Positions 1 to 10,801 of a DNA stretch of 64,000 nucleotides are shown here, one piece after another (the first letter of the stretch is position 1; the number at the start of each line of letters is the position of its first letter). The position numbers and the translations under genes are program-made. Source of the DNA: a virus; the IMG/VR virus record IMGVR_UViG_3300044922_000175, positions 61,940 to 125,939 of that record, one strand, 5' to 3'. The notes beneath the pieces were generated by a model. It searched no databases. It was not told the origin of the DNA and saw only the letters and a list, made by a program, of their open reading frames with translations.

Positions 1-439
1 CTAAGATTGCTTGACCAACATAAGGATTACCTTTTTGATTTTGACTATTTGCATCTGTAAAATTCTTAAGATAATTACTTTTATCCTGTGCAGCTAATAT
101 ACTTGGAGGAGTAGTAGATGCCACTTCTCCCTCTCTTAAAGTTTGCTCTTGATTACGTATGTCTTGAGACATTCTAGAACCAGGAATACTAGGATCGTAT
201 GTAGGAATACCAAAATCTTTTTTTCTTTTAAAAAAATCACCGGTCATACTTAATTTTCCATTCTGTTTCTCCCATTGCTGTTGCGTAGGAACATTTAATC
301 CCATCATATCAGGAGTAATAGCTTTAGGCATACTTCCTAATGGAGGATAAATATCATAAGGTTTAATGCCTTGTGATGGAATATTATTAAAACCCATTTG
401 AGCTTTTGGTAAGCTCTTAACTCTTACTTTCTTTTTCAT
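1..439 (-). CDS. Cargo-region protein, N-terminal part only (runs off the window edge)
   Basis: Translated by hand from ATG at 439: MKKKVRVKSLPKAQMGFNNIP..., open to position 1. It directly follows the 775-aa gene and carries a KAQMG motif like the KAQTGG linker of its neighbour. Absent from the ORF track. Confidence 0.8.
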   Translation of the reverse strand, partial: MKKKVRVKSLPKAQMGFNNIPSQGIKPYDIYPPLGSMPKAITPDMMGLNVPTQQQWEKQNGKLSMTGDFFKRKKDFGIPTYDPSIPGSRMSQDIRNQEQTLREGEVASTTPPSILAAQDKSNYLKNFTDANSQNQKGNPYVGQAIL

Positions 440-443
440 TGTA

Positions 444-2771
444 TTAGTCTAAATACTCAATACCATAACCCTGATCAATCAATGCTTGAATCTCATCAGG
501 ATGTAATTCTAATTCAGAACCTTGAGTCATACCACCAAATTGTTTCTTCCAACCTGCGGCATTTCTAGCAAAGTTAGCTCTTTTAACTTGTGTTGCACTA
601 TAGTCCTCTTTATTTGCAAGTACCTTTCTAGCAAATTCTTGCACACCCATACCGGCTCTATTAGCTGACTCAGTAAATTTACCTTTGTTAGCAGGATTAA
701 TATAGATACCACCATTCTTCATCTGACCAGTTTGTCCTTGTTGAATAGCTTGCATAATTTTTTGAATAGCTTCTTGTTGCTCTAAAGGAGGTAACTGTTG
801 TAACATCATCATAAGTTGTTCAGGATCTGTTTGAGTCATCTGTGCATACATTTGAATAGCTTGCATCATTTCATCTTGTTGACCACCTTGTTGATATACA
901 TTACCACCACACTCGTAACAAGGTTGTCCACCTTTACCATACCATGCATTTCCACTAAATGTAGAACCACCCTTCATCATATTATACATAGCATCCATAT
1001 CCATTTGACCACCATACATATCAATATCACCACCATACATTCTTCTACCCATTTTACGGAGTTCTTTATTTGATGGAGTTTGATCAGTGCCTAGTCTTGG
1101 ATCATTAGAATTCATAAACTCCTGATAACCTCTTTGCTTACGAGCAGCTCTAATTTCAGAGGCAATAACACCAGCAGCAGTTCCAATACCTAAACCAATA
1201 CCAGTTATTGTATCATTACGTTTCTTTTTCTTAGCAGCAGCTTCTGCAGCGGCAGCTTTTTGTTCTTCTGTTAAAGCAGGACCACCTTCTTGAAATCTAC
1301 GGGCTTGTTGATCAAACGCAGACTTCTGTAAATTAGTACCTTGATTATATACTTTACCGGTATTAGGATCCACACCTTGACTAAATGTAGTTGAACTAGA
1401 AATACTTCCTGGTGCAGAACTAAATATCCTATCTCCTTTCTGATCTACAAGTGATTGAGGATTAGAGGACTGATAATAAGAATAAATATCATTACGTGAT
1501 GGTACTTCTTTTACACCAGCTTTATTAAATTGCTGAAGCTGTTGATTATAATACTGTTCAAATCTAGGATCAGCACCAACACCAGGAGACATAAATGTAT
1601 TAATAGGAGCAGAACCATAGGTTCCTCCTTCTGCCATATTAGATAATATCTTAGCTTGTACGTAAGAAGGTAATGCTTGGAATCCTGCATTACTCGGCTC
1701 ACCACCATTAGCCCAAGTACCAAAACGTTTATGCCAGTATAAAGGAGAGAAAGGATCTGTAGCTTTAGATGAGTTTTTACCACCCATTCTATTCCAGAAA
1801 TTATCTTTACGTTTCTTAGAACCATGTTGGCTAAAGTCTTTCATACCAACATAACCACCATGTACAATTTTATACTTATCACCTTTCTTAGCTAGTACCA
1901 TCCATTTCTTACCAGCTCTATCAGATTTTCTTTTAGCACCTACTTTAGTAAACCCTCTATTTTTATAACGCTGAGGAATACCACCCATCTTCATCTCTTC
2001 CATCTCACCCATGTTCATATCAATATCTTCTTCCTCTTCCGGTCCTTCTTCAGAACCTTCATTGAATTGCATATAGTCAGCAACAGATGTAAGATAATCA
2101 TCAGCTAAAGTTAACTTACTAGCTACCCAAGGCTCAACCTCTGATTCACCATTAATGAAGTTTTGCAATCTAGCAATCTTATCATTCATAGCCATTATTT
2201 GACCCATTGCCATTTCACCACCCTCATCATAATAATTATCACGCATCATCATACCTACACCACCCATTCCCATAGCTGGCATACCCATAAATTTCATAGC
2301 AAGATTAGCCATTTTCATTTTATCTTCACCATTTCCTTCACCATTATCCATTCCTTGACCTATAGCCATTGCAGTATTTTTTAAGAAATCACCAACAGGC
2401 TTTTGAATATTATTGCTATTATACTCATTTACTTTATCATAGTAACTACCAAGAGATTCATAGTTATTAGGATATTGAAACATGTCTTGTCCCATACTAC
2501 CACCAGTTTGAGCTTTTCTATATCCACCACCACGGCTCTTGTAAGTCTTAACAAGCCATGCAGAACCATAAGCTGAAGGCCAGGTATCAAATTTAGATTT
2601 AGCTTCTGATTTAACTCTAGAATATAACTCAGGATTAGTAGGAACATTACCACCCTTTTTCATTTCTACAGCTTGTGGATAGGCTTTAAAAAATGCTTCT
2701 TCTGTAGGGAACATCTTATAGAACTCCTTCTCAGATTTAACACCAGCCATTTTTAAAAATTTATCTTTCAT
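444..2771 (-). CDS. Putative virion cargo/core protein; modular, punctuated by xxxGG motifs
   Basis: 775-aa ORF downstream of the muzzle gene, where crAss-like phages place ejected cargo proteins. About 15 hydrophobic-x-x-GG motifs separate short basic or Met/Gln-rich modules. Confidence 0.6.
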   Translation of the reverse strand: MKDKFLKMAGVKSEKEFYKMFPTEEAFFKAYPQAVEMKKGGNVPTNPELYSRVKSEAKSKFDTWPSAYGSAWLVKTYKSRGGGYRKAQTGGSMGQDMFQYPNNYESLGSYYDKVNEYNSNNIQKPVGDFLKNTAMAIGQGMDNGEGNGEDKMKMANLAMKFMGMPAMGMGGVGMMMRDNYYDEGGEMAMGQIMAMNDKIARLQNFINGESEVEPWVASKLTLADDYLTSVADYMQFNEGSEEGPEEEEDIDMNMGEMEEMKMGGIPQRYKNRGFTKVGAKRKSDRAGKKWMVLAKKGDKYKIVHGGYVGMKDFSQHGSKKRKDNFWNRMGGKNSSKATDPFSPLYWHKRFGTWANGGEPSNAGFQALPSYVQAKILSNMAEGGTYGSAPINTFMSPGVGADPRFEQYYNQQLQQFNKAGVKEVPSRNDIYSYYQSSNPQSLVDQKGDRIFSSAPGSISSSTTFSQGVDPNTGKVYNQGTNLQKSAFDQQARRFQEGGPALTEEQKAAAAEAAAKKKKRNDTITGIGLGIGTAAGVIASEIRAARKQRGYQEFMNSNDPRLGTDQTPSNKELRKMGRRMYGGDIDMYGGQMDMDAMYNMMKGGSTFSGNAWYGKGGQPCYECGGNVYQQGGQQDEMMQAIQMYAQMTQTDPEQLMMMLQQLPPLEQQEAIQKIMQAIQQGQTGQMKNGGIYINPANKGKFTESANRAGMGVQEFARKVLANKEDYSATQVKRANFARNAAGWKKQFGGMTQGSELELHPDEIQALIDQGYGIEYLD

Positions 2772-2772
2772 T

Positions 2773-5700
2773 TTAGTTATTGTATTTGTTTAGCCAACTA
2801 GTTTGGCCGCCTTGTTTTTGTTCTTGTAACTGTGATGCTGCAACTGCTGCAGGTGGAACCGCCCATAGTCTATTAAATAGATAAGCTAATTTTTTAGGAT
2901 CTCTATCTATAATATTAAGAAATTTAGGATCTACAAATGTTTGATCAGCTGCTTCATCTATAATATTTATTATATTTTTAGCTTGACCTGGAGTAACATT
3001 TTTAGATTGTTCAGGTGTCATGTTTAAAGCTTTTCTCAATTGCATAATTCTTGCATGCACTTCAGTAGGATTAGCCAAATAACCAGATATAGCATTTTCT
3101 CTTCCCATAAGTTTATTAGCGTCTAAACCTTGATCATATAATTGTTTCCATTTATTTGAATTTAATCTTACTTCATCAGATAATGTTTTTCTTATATCTC
3201 CCATTTGTCCAGATTCTTTTAATAAAAAATCTGAAGTCCAATCATGTGTTCCTTCATGTGCAGTTATTGAAGATCTTTGATTTTGAGGAATATTAATATC
3301 TCTACTAACCCAACTACCATATCTTGGATTAGTATTTGCTTTTTCTAAAATTCTTCTTGTATCTGGAGAATAATTATATAAATAACTTATACCTTTATTA
3401 CCAGAATGAATATGTGAATTAGGATTCTTTAAAAATAAACTTTCACCAAGATCTTGTATTTGATTTGATATAGGGTATTGTTTTGTATTAGGTACAAAAG
3501 ATTTAGCTTGCTCATAACCTAAATCAAATTTATCTTTTAAGATATTACCTCTTTGTGGAATCCAGCCTAAGTCTGTATCTATTTTGGCCTGAGTTACTGG
3601 ATCATTAATCCAATTTTTTAACCAAGTATTTCCTTCAGCAATAGCAGCTTTATTGCCTCTGTTTCTTACTGCACCTAATAGTTCATTCGCAATATTTTTA
3701 ATATGACCTCCTACTGGTGGTGTAGCTGACATCTGACCTACATTAGAAACTTCTACAGGTTTGTATCCAAGCAACCAATCTTTTTGTAATAATCTTATAT
3801 TAGGGTCGTCTATAGGTAAATGTCCTAATTGTGAAGTTTTAACGCCAGGTGTAATATTTCCTAAGTAAACTTCATCAACCCACTCTGGATTTAAAGGAAC
3901 AGCTCCTGCATCTTTATTATTAAAAATAATCTGGTTAGGTTCTATATTTTTAACCTGTAAAACATCAATTCCTTTGGCTTCTATTAACGCATCTGGATTA
4001 TAATAAAGAGCAGTTTTAAACTCATTTGGTCTTGCAAAATAAGGAGAAGGAAATAAATCTTGATCTCTTGATTTAATCACACGTGACTCTAATGCGTCCT
4101 TTATTCCTTCTTTACCTACCCCTCTATAATATGCTTCAGGATTAGGTTTAAATGCCCAAGGATTATATTTGTATGTATTTTTTAAAGGAGTTTGAGTTGT
4201 AAGATATTTTCCTGCTGACTTCAGGAGTCCACGTAATTCTGCAGTAGCTGGTATAACATTAATAGCATTAAAACCAGCATCAAGAGCATTACCAGCAGCT
4301 TCACTAAAATTACCTTTAGCTAAGTTGTTTACACCCATTGCAGTATTACCTACTAAATCAATTCCAGAAAATGGAAGAAATGCCGGATTAACAATGTCTA
4401 ATACATAGTCTAATGGATCAGCAGAACCTTTACGTTGTTCTGCTTGAGATACAAATGAACTAGCTTCTCTTGCTTTCTCATAAGCAGATTTAGTTTCTCC
4501 TTGACTAATACTACCTACACGTTTAGCATACTCTGCAGCTTCAGCTGCTTTTCTATTAGCTGCACTAACGTTTGTATTTTGATTAACTACTCTTGTATTA
4601 TCTGAGTATCCGGCATTACCTGCAGGACTAGTTCTCATATAGGGCTTACCTACATTAGGTGTCCAACCAGCCCAACCACCTGTCTGGAATTGATCTAACC
4701 ATCCTCCATACTTCTTATTTTCTGGATAGTCATAACTATAACCTCTACCTTCAGTTACTTTAGCTTTACTAATATCTAAGTTATTTGCAGCTTTCCAATC
4801 CTGGAACTCTTTCTCAGTTCTAAATGATTTCCGGTTACCATCTTGTAATGTAACACCAATGTTATATTCTCTAGCCATTCCACCATTAGGGGTATACATA
4901 TCTCTATCTATATTAGATACAAATAAAGAAGGCTTAGGTGGTTCTACTACTGGAGTATTAACTACATCAGGAACAACTTCTGGTTTTTTATATACGTATG
5001 GTTGAACAGGTTTTTTAAATCTAAAAACAGAATTTAAATCTGGAGTAACACCAGTTAATCCTAAATCTAGAAAATCTTCTTTAGTTACACTAACAGGCCA
5101 CATTCTATTTTTTCTAGCAGCATTATTTTTAATCTGAGCAGCAGTTAGTCCAACATTATAAGGTAACCATTGACCATCAGGTCTCGTTGCTCTATGATGA
5201 TACGTTTGTTTTGGATTAGGTGTAAGATAATCAGATATTTTAGTTTCTAAATAATTATTTCCTGGTTTTTCATAAAGATGAGTAAATCCACCCACAACAC
5301 CCGAACGAGGTCTTAGATAATGATGCATCATTTCTTCTACAGGTTTTATTATTATATTCTCATTATAAGGAGAAGGACCTTTAGGTTTATTAGGACCCCA
5401 ATACTGATTAAATAAATCATTACCTTGTAAAGAAGCAGTTTGTATATTATTTAGTCTAGTCCAGTTTTTATATTTATCAAAGGATGGTTGATATTTATTA
5501 TATAAATTTAAACTATCCTGATAAAGTTGTACTTTTCTTGGATTAGATGTATAGATAGGAGGTAATGTTCCACCAGTTTGATATTCATCTAACCAACCTG
5601 TCTCACCACCCTCTTCTCTACGCTTATGATTATAGTCTATACGCTTACCAGATGTTTTCTCTCTTTTAAATCTAGCTTTCTCTGCTGATGATAATTCTGA

Positions 5701-6057
5701 TGATGTCTTAGGGGTTGTTTCATTTACCCGTTTGCTTGGTCTGCATGCAGGATAAGGTCTAGAGTTTTTATCTTTACCTGATCTACCACATGTCTTACCT
5801 GTCTTAACATCCACCCATTTTTCATCAAACCACTGTCTTAAACCACCTTTACCCATCTGAGGTATCTCAGTTACATAGTCACCGGGGAATGTATAATCCT
5901 GACCGGGCATCATCATTTGCTGATTACCTAAATCATCTATACCTAATACAGGATAGTTAACCCCCTTCATTGTTATATTAGAAGAGGGTATAATTGTAAC
6001 TTCACCGGGATATGCCCACTGACCTAAAGGAGATATGATAGGTTTTTTTCTAGCCAT
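2773..6057 (-). CDS. Putative cargo protein, multi-module, with C-terminal zincin-like (HExxH) domain
   Basis: 1094 aa. Contains AHEGTH plus downstream YLANPTEVHARIMQLR, and three GG..WL(D/N)x(Y/F) linkers. It is the first gene after the muzzle gene. Confidence 0.6.
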   Translation of the reverse strand: MARKKPIISPLGQWAYPGEVTIIPSSNITMKGVNYPVLGIDDLGNQQMMMPGQDYTFPGDYVTEIPQMGKGGLRQWFDEKWVDVKTGKTCGRSGKDKNSRPYPACRPSKRVNETTPKTSSELSSAEKARFKREKTSGKRIDYNHKRREEGGETGWLDEYQTGGTLPPIYTSNPRKVQLYQDSLNLYNKYQPSFDKYKNWTRLNNIQTASLQGNDLFNQYWGPNKPKGPSPYNENIIIKPVEEMMHHYLRPRSGVVGGFTHLYEKPGNNYLETKISDYLTPNPKQTYHHRATRPDGQWLPYNVGLTAAQIKNNAARKNRMWPVSVTKEDFLDLGLTGVTPDLNSVFRFKKPVQPYVYKKPEVVPDVVNTPVVEPPKPSLFVSNIDRDMYTPNGGMAREYNIGVTLQDGNRKSFRTEKEFQDWKAANNLDISKAKVTEGRGYSYDYPENKKYGGWLDQFQTGGWAGWTPNVGKPYMRTSPAGNAGYSDNTRVVNQNTNVSAANRKAAEAAEYAKRVGSISQGETKSAYEKAREASSFVSQAEQRKGSADPLDYVLDIVNPAFLPFSGIDLVGNTAMGVNNLAKGNFSEAAGNALDAGFNAINVIPATAELRGLLKSAGKYLTTQTPLKNTYKYNPWAFKPNPEAYYRGVGKEGIKDALESRVIKSRDQDLFPSPYFARPNEFKTALYYNPDALIEAKGIDVLQVKNIEPNQIIFNNKDAGAVPLNPEWVDEVYLGNITPGVKTSQLGHLPIDDPNIRLLQKDWLLGYKPVEVSNVGQMSATPPVGGHIKNIANELLGAVRNRGNKAAIAEGNTWLKNWINDPVTQAKIDTDLGWIPQRGNILKDKFDLGYEQAKSFVPNTKQYPISNQIQDLGESLFLKNPNSHIHSGNKGISYLYNYSPDTRRILEKANTNPRYGSWVSRDINIPQNQRSSITAHEGTHDWTSDFLLKESGQMGDIRKTLSDEVRLNSNKWKQLYDQGLDANKLMGRENAISGYLANPTEVHARIMQLRKALNMTPEQSKNVTPGQAKNIINIIDEAADQTFVDPKFLNIIDRDPKKLAYLFNRLWAVPPAAVAASQLQEQKQGGQTSWLNKYNN

Positions 6058-6061
6058 TTTA

Positions 6062-9000
6062 TTACCTAAATGAAGCTAACAATTTGTTATTACTGAGCTT
6101 CAATAAGAACTTAGATGAGCCAGAAACAAGTTTCTTTAATATAACCTTGTTAATGTAATGTCTAAACTTCTTTCTTTGTGTAGCTCCCTTATTATAATTT
6201 ACATAACTTGTATTAATATTCCTAATATAACCGTTGGCTTCAGTGGTCCACATGGGTACAAAAGTCCCAGTAAATTCACCACGATCATTAGTAATATCCC
6301 AGAACTGATTGAATCTATACTTCTGTTCTTCTTTAGAGAATAGAATATCAATATCACTAGTATTTACTAAAGGATAGTTATTAATTAAGTAAGGATTATT
6401 CTTAGGAGATAGGTTTAATATTAGGTCCCCAGAAATTTGTTCTGTGTTATATACAATAGCCCGATCAAAGTTCTCATCTAATAGATGATGATAATCTAAA
6501 CAGTTAGGAGAATACTTATAACACTCTAAAATATATTCTACTGAACGGGTTGTTGTAACGGTTTGACCTTGGTTCTGTACATACTCAATCTCAAATGGAT
6601 AGTCAACACCATAGTAATTACAATAAGAATTACATACTAAGTTATGTTTCCAAATGGTATTACCTTTAACAGTCATGTAGTATGTCTTACTAGCCATTAC
6701 TAAATCCGGATGCCAGTCATGAAAAGATATAAAAGCTTTAGCTTTAGGATCATAACTAACAGTCCATGATACATTATCAAAATATGTAGGATCACCTAAA
6801 TTAATTATTAATCCTGCATACTCTGTAGATATGAGTTTGTTCTGTGCTCCGGCTTTAAATTTATTTTTAAACTCAGGTTTTAATTTATAGTCTTTCTTAC
6901 AGAAATAAAGAATCTCATTTATGTTATCATAGGTAGTTTGTAGTCCAACTCCAATAATTGTATTATCTAAAACTATAGGATCTAGATCAGGAAAATCTTC
7001 AAGAACAGCATAAGGACTGTATTGTGAAAACCACCACTTCATACCAGACTTAGAAATGTCTTGTATTCCTTGACCAAAAGAAAATACCTTTCCTTGGTTT
7101 TGGCTTGCATAAAACAATCCAGCTGGAGTATTGATTACAGATAATCTATTCTGACAACTACCATATTCAAACTCAGGATCTACGTTTATTACGTTTTGTA
7201 AAGGTTGGCCGTTAAATAACTGACCATCACCAATAGTTAATTTAGTTCCACCATTAAGATCTAAAGTTTCTGCACCTTGGAATATAATAGGAGAGCTATC
7301 ATTAAACATAATAACTGCACCAGTTTTACCAAAGTTTCTCATAGTTACAACCTTAGAATTAAAGTCGTAATAGTTATTTGCTAAGAACTGTCTCCAGTTA
7401 TCTTTTCTTAATTCATACTGTTGCTGTAAAGAATAAAGAACTCTTGTATCATAAGAGGTAAAGCAACTTATATTATTAGGATCATATATTCTTGGTTGAA
7501 GATTACCCCATGAAACAAAGTTTGATACATGCTTACTAATACTTAAAGAGTAATCATACTTATAGTAGTTTGTATCTTTAATATAAGCAGCATTAAACAA
7601 CTGTTCATAATCACTATATGTTTTAAAATCGTAATGTCTTTTACCAGGATTATCATCATGATCTCTGTATGCTAAGTTAATTTCTGACTCTACATAGAAA
7701 TCTCTAATACCAGAATTAAACAAATACATATAAGCAAATCTAACCATCAAGAATCCTGAAGTCATTCTTCTATCAAAGTGATGATAATCATTAGGTAAAA
7801 TGCTATCACTGGTTGGCTCAAAAATAATATCTAATAAATCGCCAACGTTATACTTTCCAGTGTTCATCCAATATCTTGGATAAGGAAGCATGTTGTATAA
7901 TCTATAATCCCACTCTGTGCTATCTGGTAAATTCTGCATCCACTGAGTAAAATAGAAGAATGTAGATTTTTCAGTGTAACGGTTTACATACATGTCTCCA
8001 CCAAATACTAAACCAGAGGTAGCTTTAAGAGCTTTATTAATAGTCCAAAGATTTATACAGCCCACAGGTATTTGTCTAATACCATCTAATTGACCATATA
8101 AATTATCATTCTTAATTTTTAAAGCAGCGTAGTGAGCAGAAGTAACAGATGTTTGAGTATATGCTTCTGGTTCTTTCCAGATATCTTTAGCATTAAAAGG
8201 TTTACCTTTATCATCTACACCATAAACACTTAAATCAGGCCTACCATTTTGTGAGCGTGCAATATGACCAATAGTAAATAAAGTATTGTCTTTAGTTATT
8301 GGATCATTAATTGTTCTTTCAGTAGTTAAGACAACAGTATTTGCTCTATATAAATTATTAATCTTATAGATAGTATCATAGTCTTGAACAACAGGATCAA
8401 GATATAAAGAGTTCTTAATACCTCTTCTTCTACTACCAACTGCAGCTTTTATAAGATTATTATAAAAACCATGTGATACATATTGATAAGCAAACTGTCT
8501 TTTTTTACCAATGGATTCTATGATATCAACTATATTTCTTGTTGATTCTAACCAATAATAAGATACTAAAAATGCTTGACCTATTGCATAAGCAGCTGCG
8601 CCAGCAAATGCTCCAACTACTGCGCCTGATGCACCTGCTACTGGTGTTCCTATAATGCCACCTAAAGCAATTGTCATAAGAGCAGCCTTAGTTTGATCTG
8701 CAAAATTTCCATTAGCCGCATTGGCTGCAGTTACACCAACAGCAACACCAGCTAGTGAGGAAAGTATTACAGCAGTGTCTGTTATAAATTTATCTTTAGG
8801 ATGATTCTCAACCGGAATAAATCTACCAATTACATTACCGTATACCTCACCATAAACTTTTAATTCTGTGGCAGATAAAAAAGGATTTCTAAATGTTGTC
8901 TCAGGTGAGTGAAAAGAAAAGATATCCCGCTTAACACCATCAAATAATGTAACATCAACATTACTTAATCCAGTGCTATCATATTTATCTTTATCTCTAA

Positions 9001-10801
9001 ACGCTCCACCCTTAGTTTGTACACTTCTATTACCAGGTCTATCTAAAGTAGCTTTATCTCTACCTAAGAATGGATCATGATCTAAGAAGTTATAAGGATA
9101 GTTTACATATAAACCAGTTGTAATCTTATTGCCTGCAACCTTGTCGGGTATATCATACTCCCGCATGTTATTAATAAGACCCTTGGCAATAATAGTACGG
9201 TTACCTTCTCTAGTACCCCTTAAAATCTCATAACCTATAATAGTATTTATATATTGATTATTTTGATCTACCGGGAATTCTATATTAGAGAACTCAACAC
9301 CTAAAATAATAATACTATTAGTAGTAGGATTATAGTTAGGTATTACAATGTCATCAGGCATCTTATGATGTCTAATGTTTTCAGCACAAAGATCTCCCCA
9401 AATATCCGGTTTGTTATCAGGATACTTCTCAGTAGATTCCCAATAAGCTAGCTCACCAGAATACTTAATGAGGCCACCATCATCTGTTGTTCCAGAAGCC
9501 GGTATTACTGTAGCTGTATTATTTACTTGCCATTCTTGCTCTTGACCAAAATCTATAATGTGATCAGGGCTAGCATTATTATTAAGTTCTCCGGGCTTTG
9601 GAGCACGTCCTGGAATATGATAACTAGATGATTTATCACCGGTGTTATAAATCCATCGTATAAAGAAACTATATACTTCATCTCTTAAAAATGTTGGTTT
9701 GTTTCCGCCTTTATAATAATAGTCAGCGGGATATTCTACACCCACCCACTTTGCTGTAATATTATTAGCTAGGGGTTGGTAATTAAAGTCTTCATAAGTA
9801 GTAGGACCGACTCTAATTAAATAATCATTTACATTGTACATACCAGCTGATTTCTCATATGCCGGTGTACGTAAAGGTATTTGTTCTAAAGGAATTGTTA
9901 CTAATGTTGGATCAACAGCATCTAAAGATATAGTGGTTGTTTGAGTAGAATAATAACCAATCTTTCTAGCTACAGCTTGTTGATTAACAAAGCCTATTAA
10001 AACTAATTCAAACTCATCATAGTCTGCATCTATATCACTAATGATAATATCTAATGACCCATTAACGTTATCATGACTCCATAATGCTTGAACATTAGAG
10101 ATAGCTAAGTAATCAGTAACTTTAATACCATTTACAGAATATGCAATAGTTGCTTGATAAGAACCATTTAATAATGTTCCTAAGCCATGACCCTTTTGAA
10201 TTTTTATACAAGGGGTTTTAGCATAAGCTGCTAATCTTAGTTTATCACAATCTAATACCCCTGTAGATACTTCATCCTTACATGGTCCTGGATCCAGGTC
10301 ATTCATAAGATATGGAACACCCTCCCAGTTTAAAGGACTATAAGGCCAAGCTTCTTCCTTACCAATATTCATTGTTCTTGATGGGTTATTACCATCATCC
10401 CAATAAAGATTCCAAGTACAGTCAGAGGTATATTTAGATACTCCAATGATTGGATAAACCTTATTAAACTTAAAACATTGGTTTAAAGCATCATTGTGAA
10501 TTGTATTATATGTGCAACCATTCTCATCAAACAAACCAATCTCTGAAGAAAAGTCATTTGTTGAGTAAATAGCCCACTTACCATTACTTATATAAATAGT
10601 ACCTATAATAGTGTAGGGTACTTCTACACAAGCTATATTACTAGGTTCATTACCCAATACTCCAACATCTCCAGAAGGAGAATTGTTTACAGCATTTCTA
10701 GCATGTGTCCAATATCCCTCACCAATATAAGCATCACTTACATCTTTTAGTAAGCCTTTATTATACAGCTCGGTGTGAATTAAACCGGTCTTACCATCCA
10801 T
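6062..10801 (-). CDS. Tail stabilisation / muzzle protein (P22 gp10-like, crAss-type)
   Basis: 1579 aa with beta-rich character and a C-terminal WTVSY...FISFHDWHP motif. It sits after two ring-like genes and an HU-like gene, matching crAss-like tail synteny. Confidence 0.75.
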   Translation of the reverse strand: MDGKTGLIHTELYNKGLLKDVSDAYIGEGYWTHARNAVNNSPSGDVGVLGNEPSNIACVEVPYTIIGTIYISNGKWAIYSTNDFSSEIGLFDENGCTYNTIHNDALNQCFKFNKVYPIIGVSKYTSDCTWNLYWDDGNNPSRTMNIGKEEAWPYSPLNWEGVPYLMNDLDPGPCKDEVSTGVLDCDKLRLAAYAKTPCIKIQKGHGLGTLLNGSYQATIAYSVNGIKVTDYLAISNVQALWSHDNVNGSLDIIISDIDADYDEFELVLIGFVNQQAVARKIGYYSTQTTTISLDAVDPTLVTIPLEQIPLRTPAYEKSAGMYNVNDYLIRVGPTTYEDFNYQPLANNITAKWVGVEYPADYYYKGGNKPTFLRDEVYSFFIRWIYNTGDKSSSYHIPGRAPKPGELNNNASPDHIIDFGQEQEWQVNNTATVIPASGTTDDGGLIKYSGELAYWESTEKYPDNKPDIWGDLCAENIRHHKMPDDIVIPNYNPTTNSIIILGVEFSNIEFPVDQNNQYINTIIGYEILRGTREGNRTIIAKGLINNMREYDIPDKVAGNKITTGLYVNYPYNFLDHDPFLGRDKATLDRPGNRSVQTKGGAFRDKDKYDSTGLSNVDVTLFDGVKRDIFSFHSPETTFRNPFLSATELKVYGEVYGNVIGRFIPVENHPKDKFITDTAVILSSLAGVAVGVTAANAANGNFADQTKAALMTIALGGIIGTPVAGASGAVVGAFAGAAAYAIGQAFLVSYYWLESTRNIVDIIESIGKKRQFAYQYVSHGFYNNLIKAAVGSRRRGIKNSLYLDPVVQDYDTIYKINNLYRANTVVLTTERTINDPITKDNTLFTIGHIARSQNGRPDLSVYGVDDKGKPFNAKDIWKEPEAYTQTSVTSAHYAALKIKNDNLYGQLDGIRQIPVGCINLWTINKALKATSGLVFGGDMYVNRYTEKSTFFYFTQWMQNLPDSTEWDYRLYNMLPYPRYWMNTGKYNVGDLLDIIFEPTSDSILPNDYHHFDRRMTSGFLMVRFAYMYLFNSGIRDFYVESEINLAYRDHDDNPGKRHYDFKTYSDYEQLFNAAYIKDTNYYKYDYSLSISKHVSNFVSWGNLQPRIYDPNNISCFTSYDTRVLYSLQQQYELRKDNWRQFLANNYYDFNSKVVTMRNFGKTGAVIMFNDSSPIIFQGAETLDLNGGTKLTIGDGQLFNGQPLQNVINVDPEFEYGSCQNRLSVINTPAGLFYASQNQGKVFSFGQGIQDISKSGMKWWFSQYSPYAVLEDFPDLDPIVLDNTIIGVGLQTTYDNINEILYFCKKDYKLKPEFKNKFKAGAQNKLISTEYAGLIINLGDPTYFDNVSWTVSYDPKAKAFISFHDWHPDLVMASKTYYMTVKGNTIWKHNLVCNSYCNYYGVDYPFEIEYVQNQGQTVTTTRSVEYILECYKYSPNCLDYHHLLDENFDRAIVYNTEQISGDLILNLSPKNNPYLINNYPLVNTSDIDILFSKEEQKYRFNQFWDITNDRGEFTGTFVPMWTTEANGYIRNINTSYVNYNKGATQRKKFRHYINKVILKKLVSGSSKFLLKLSNNKLLASFR

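Noticed and set aside
444-6057. Virion RNA polymerase among the cargo genes
   Set aside because: No DxDxD-type catalytic motif or protein of suitable size lies within the window. It may lie beyond the left edge.
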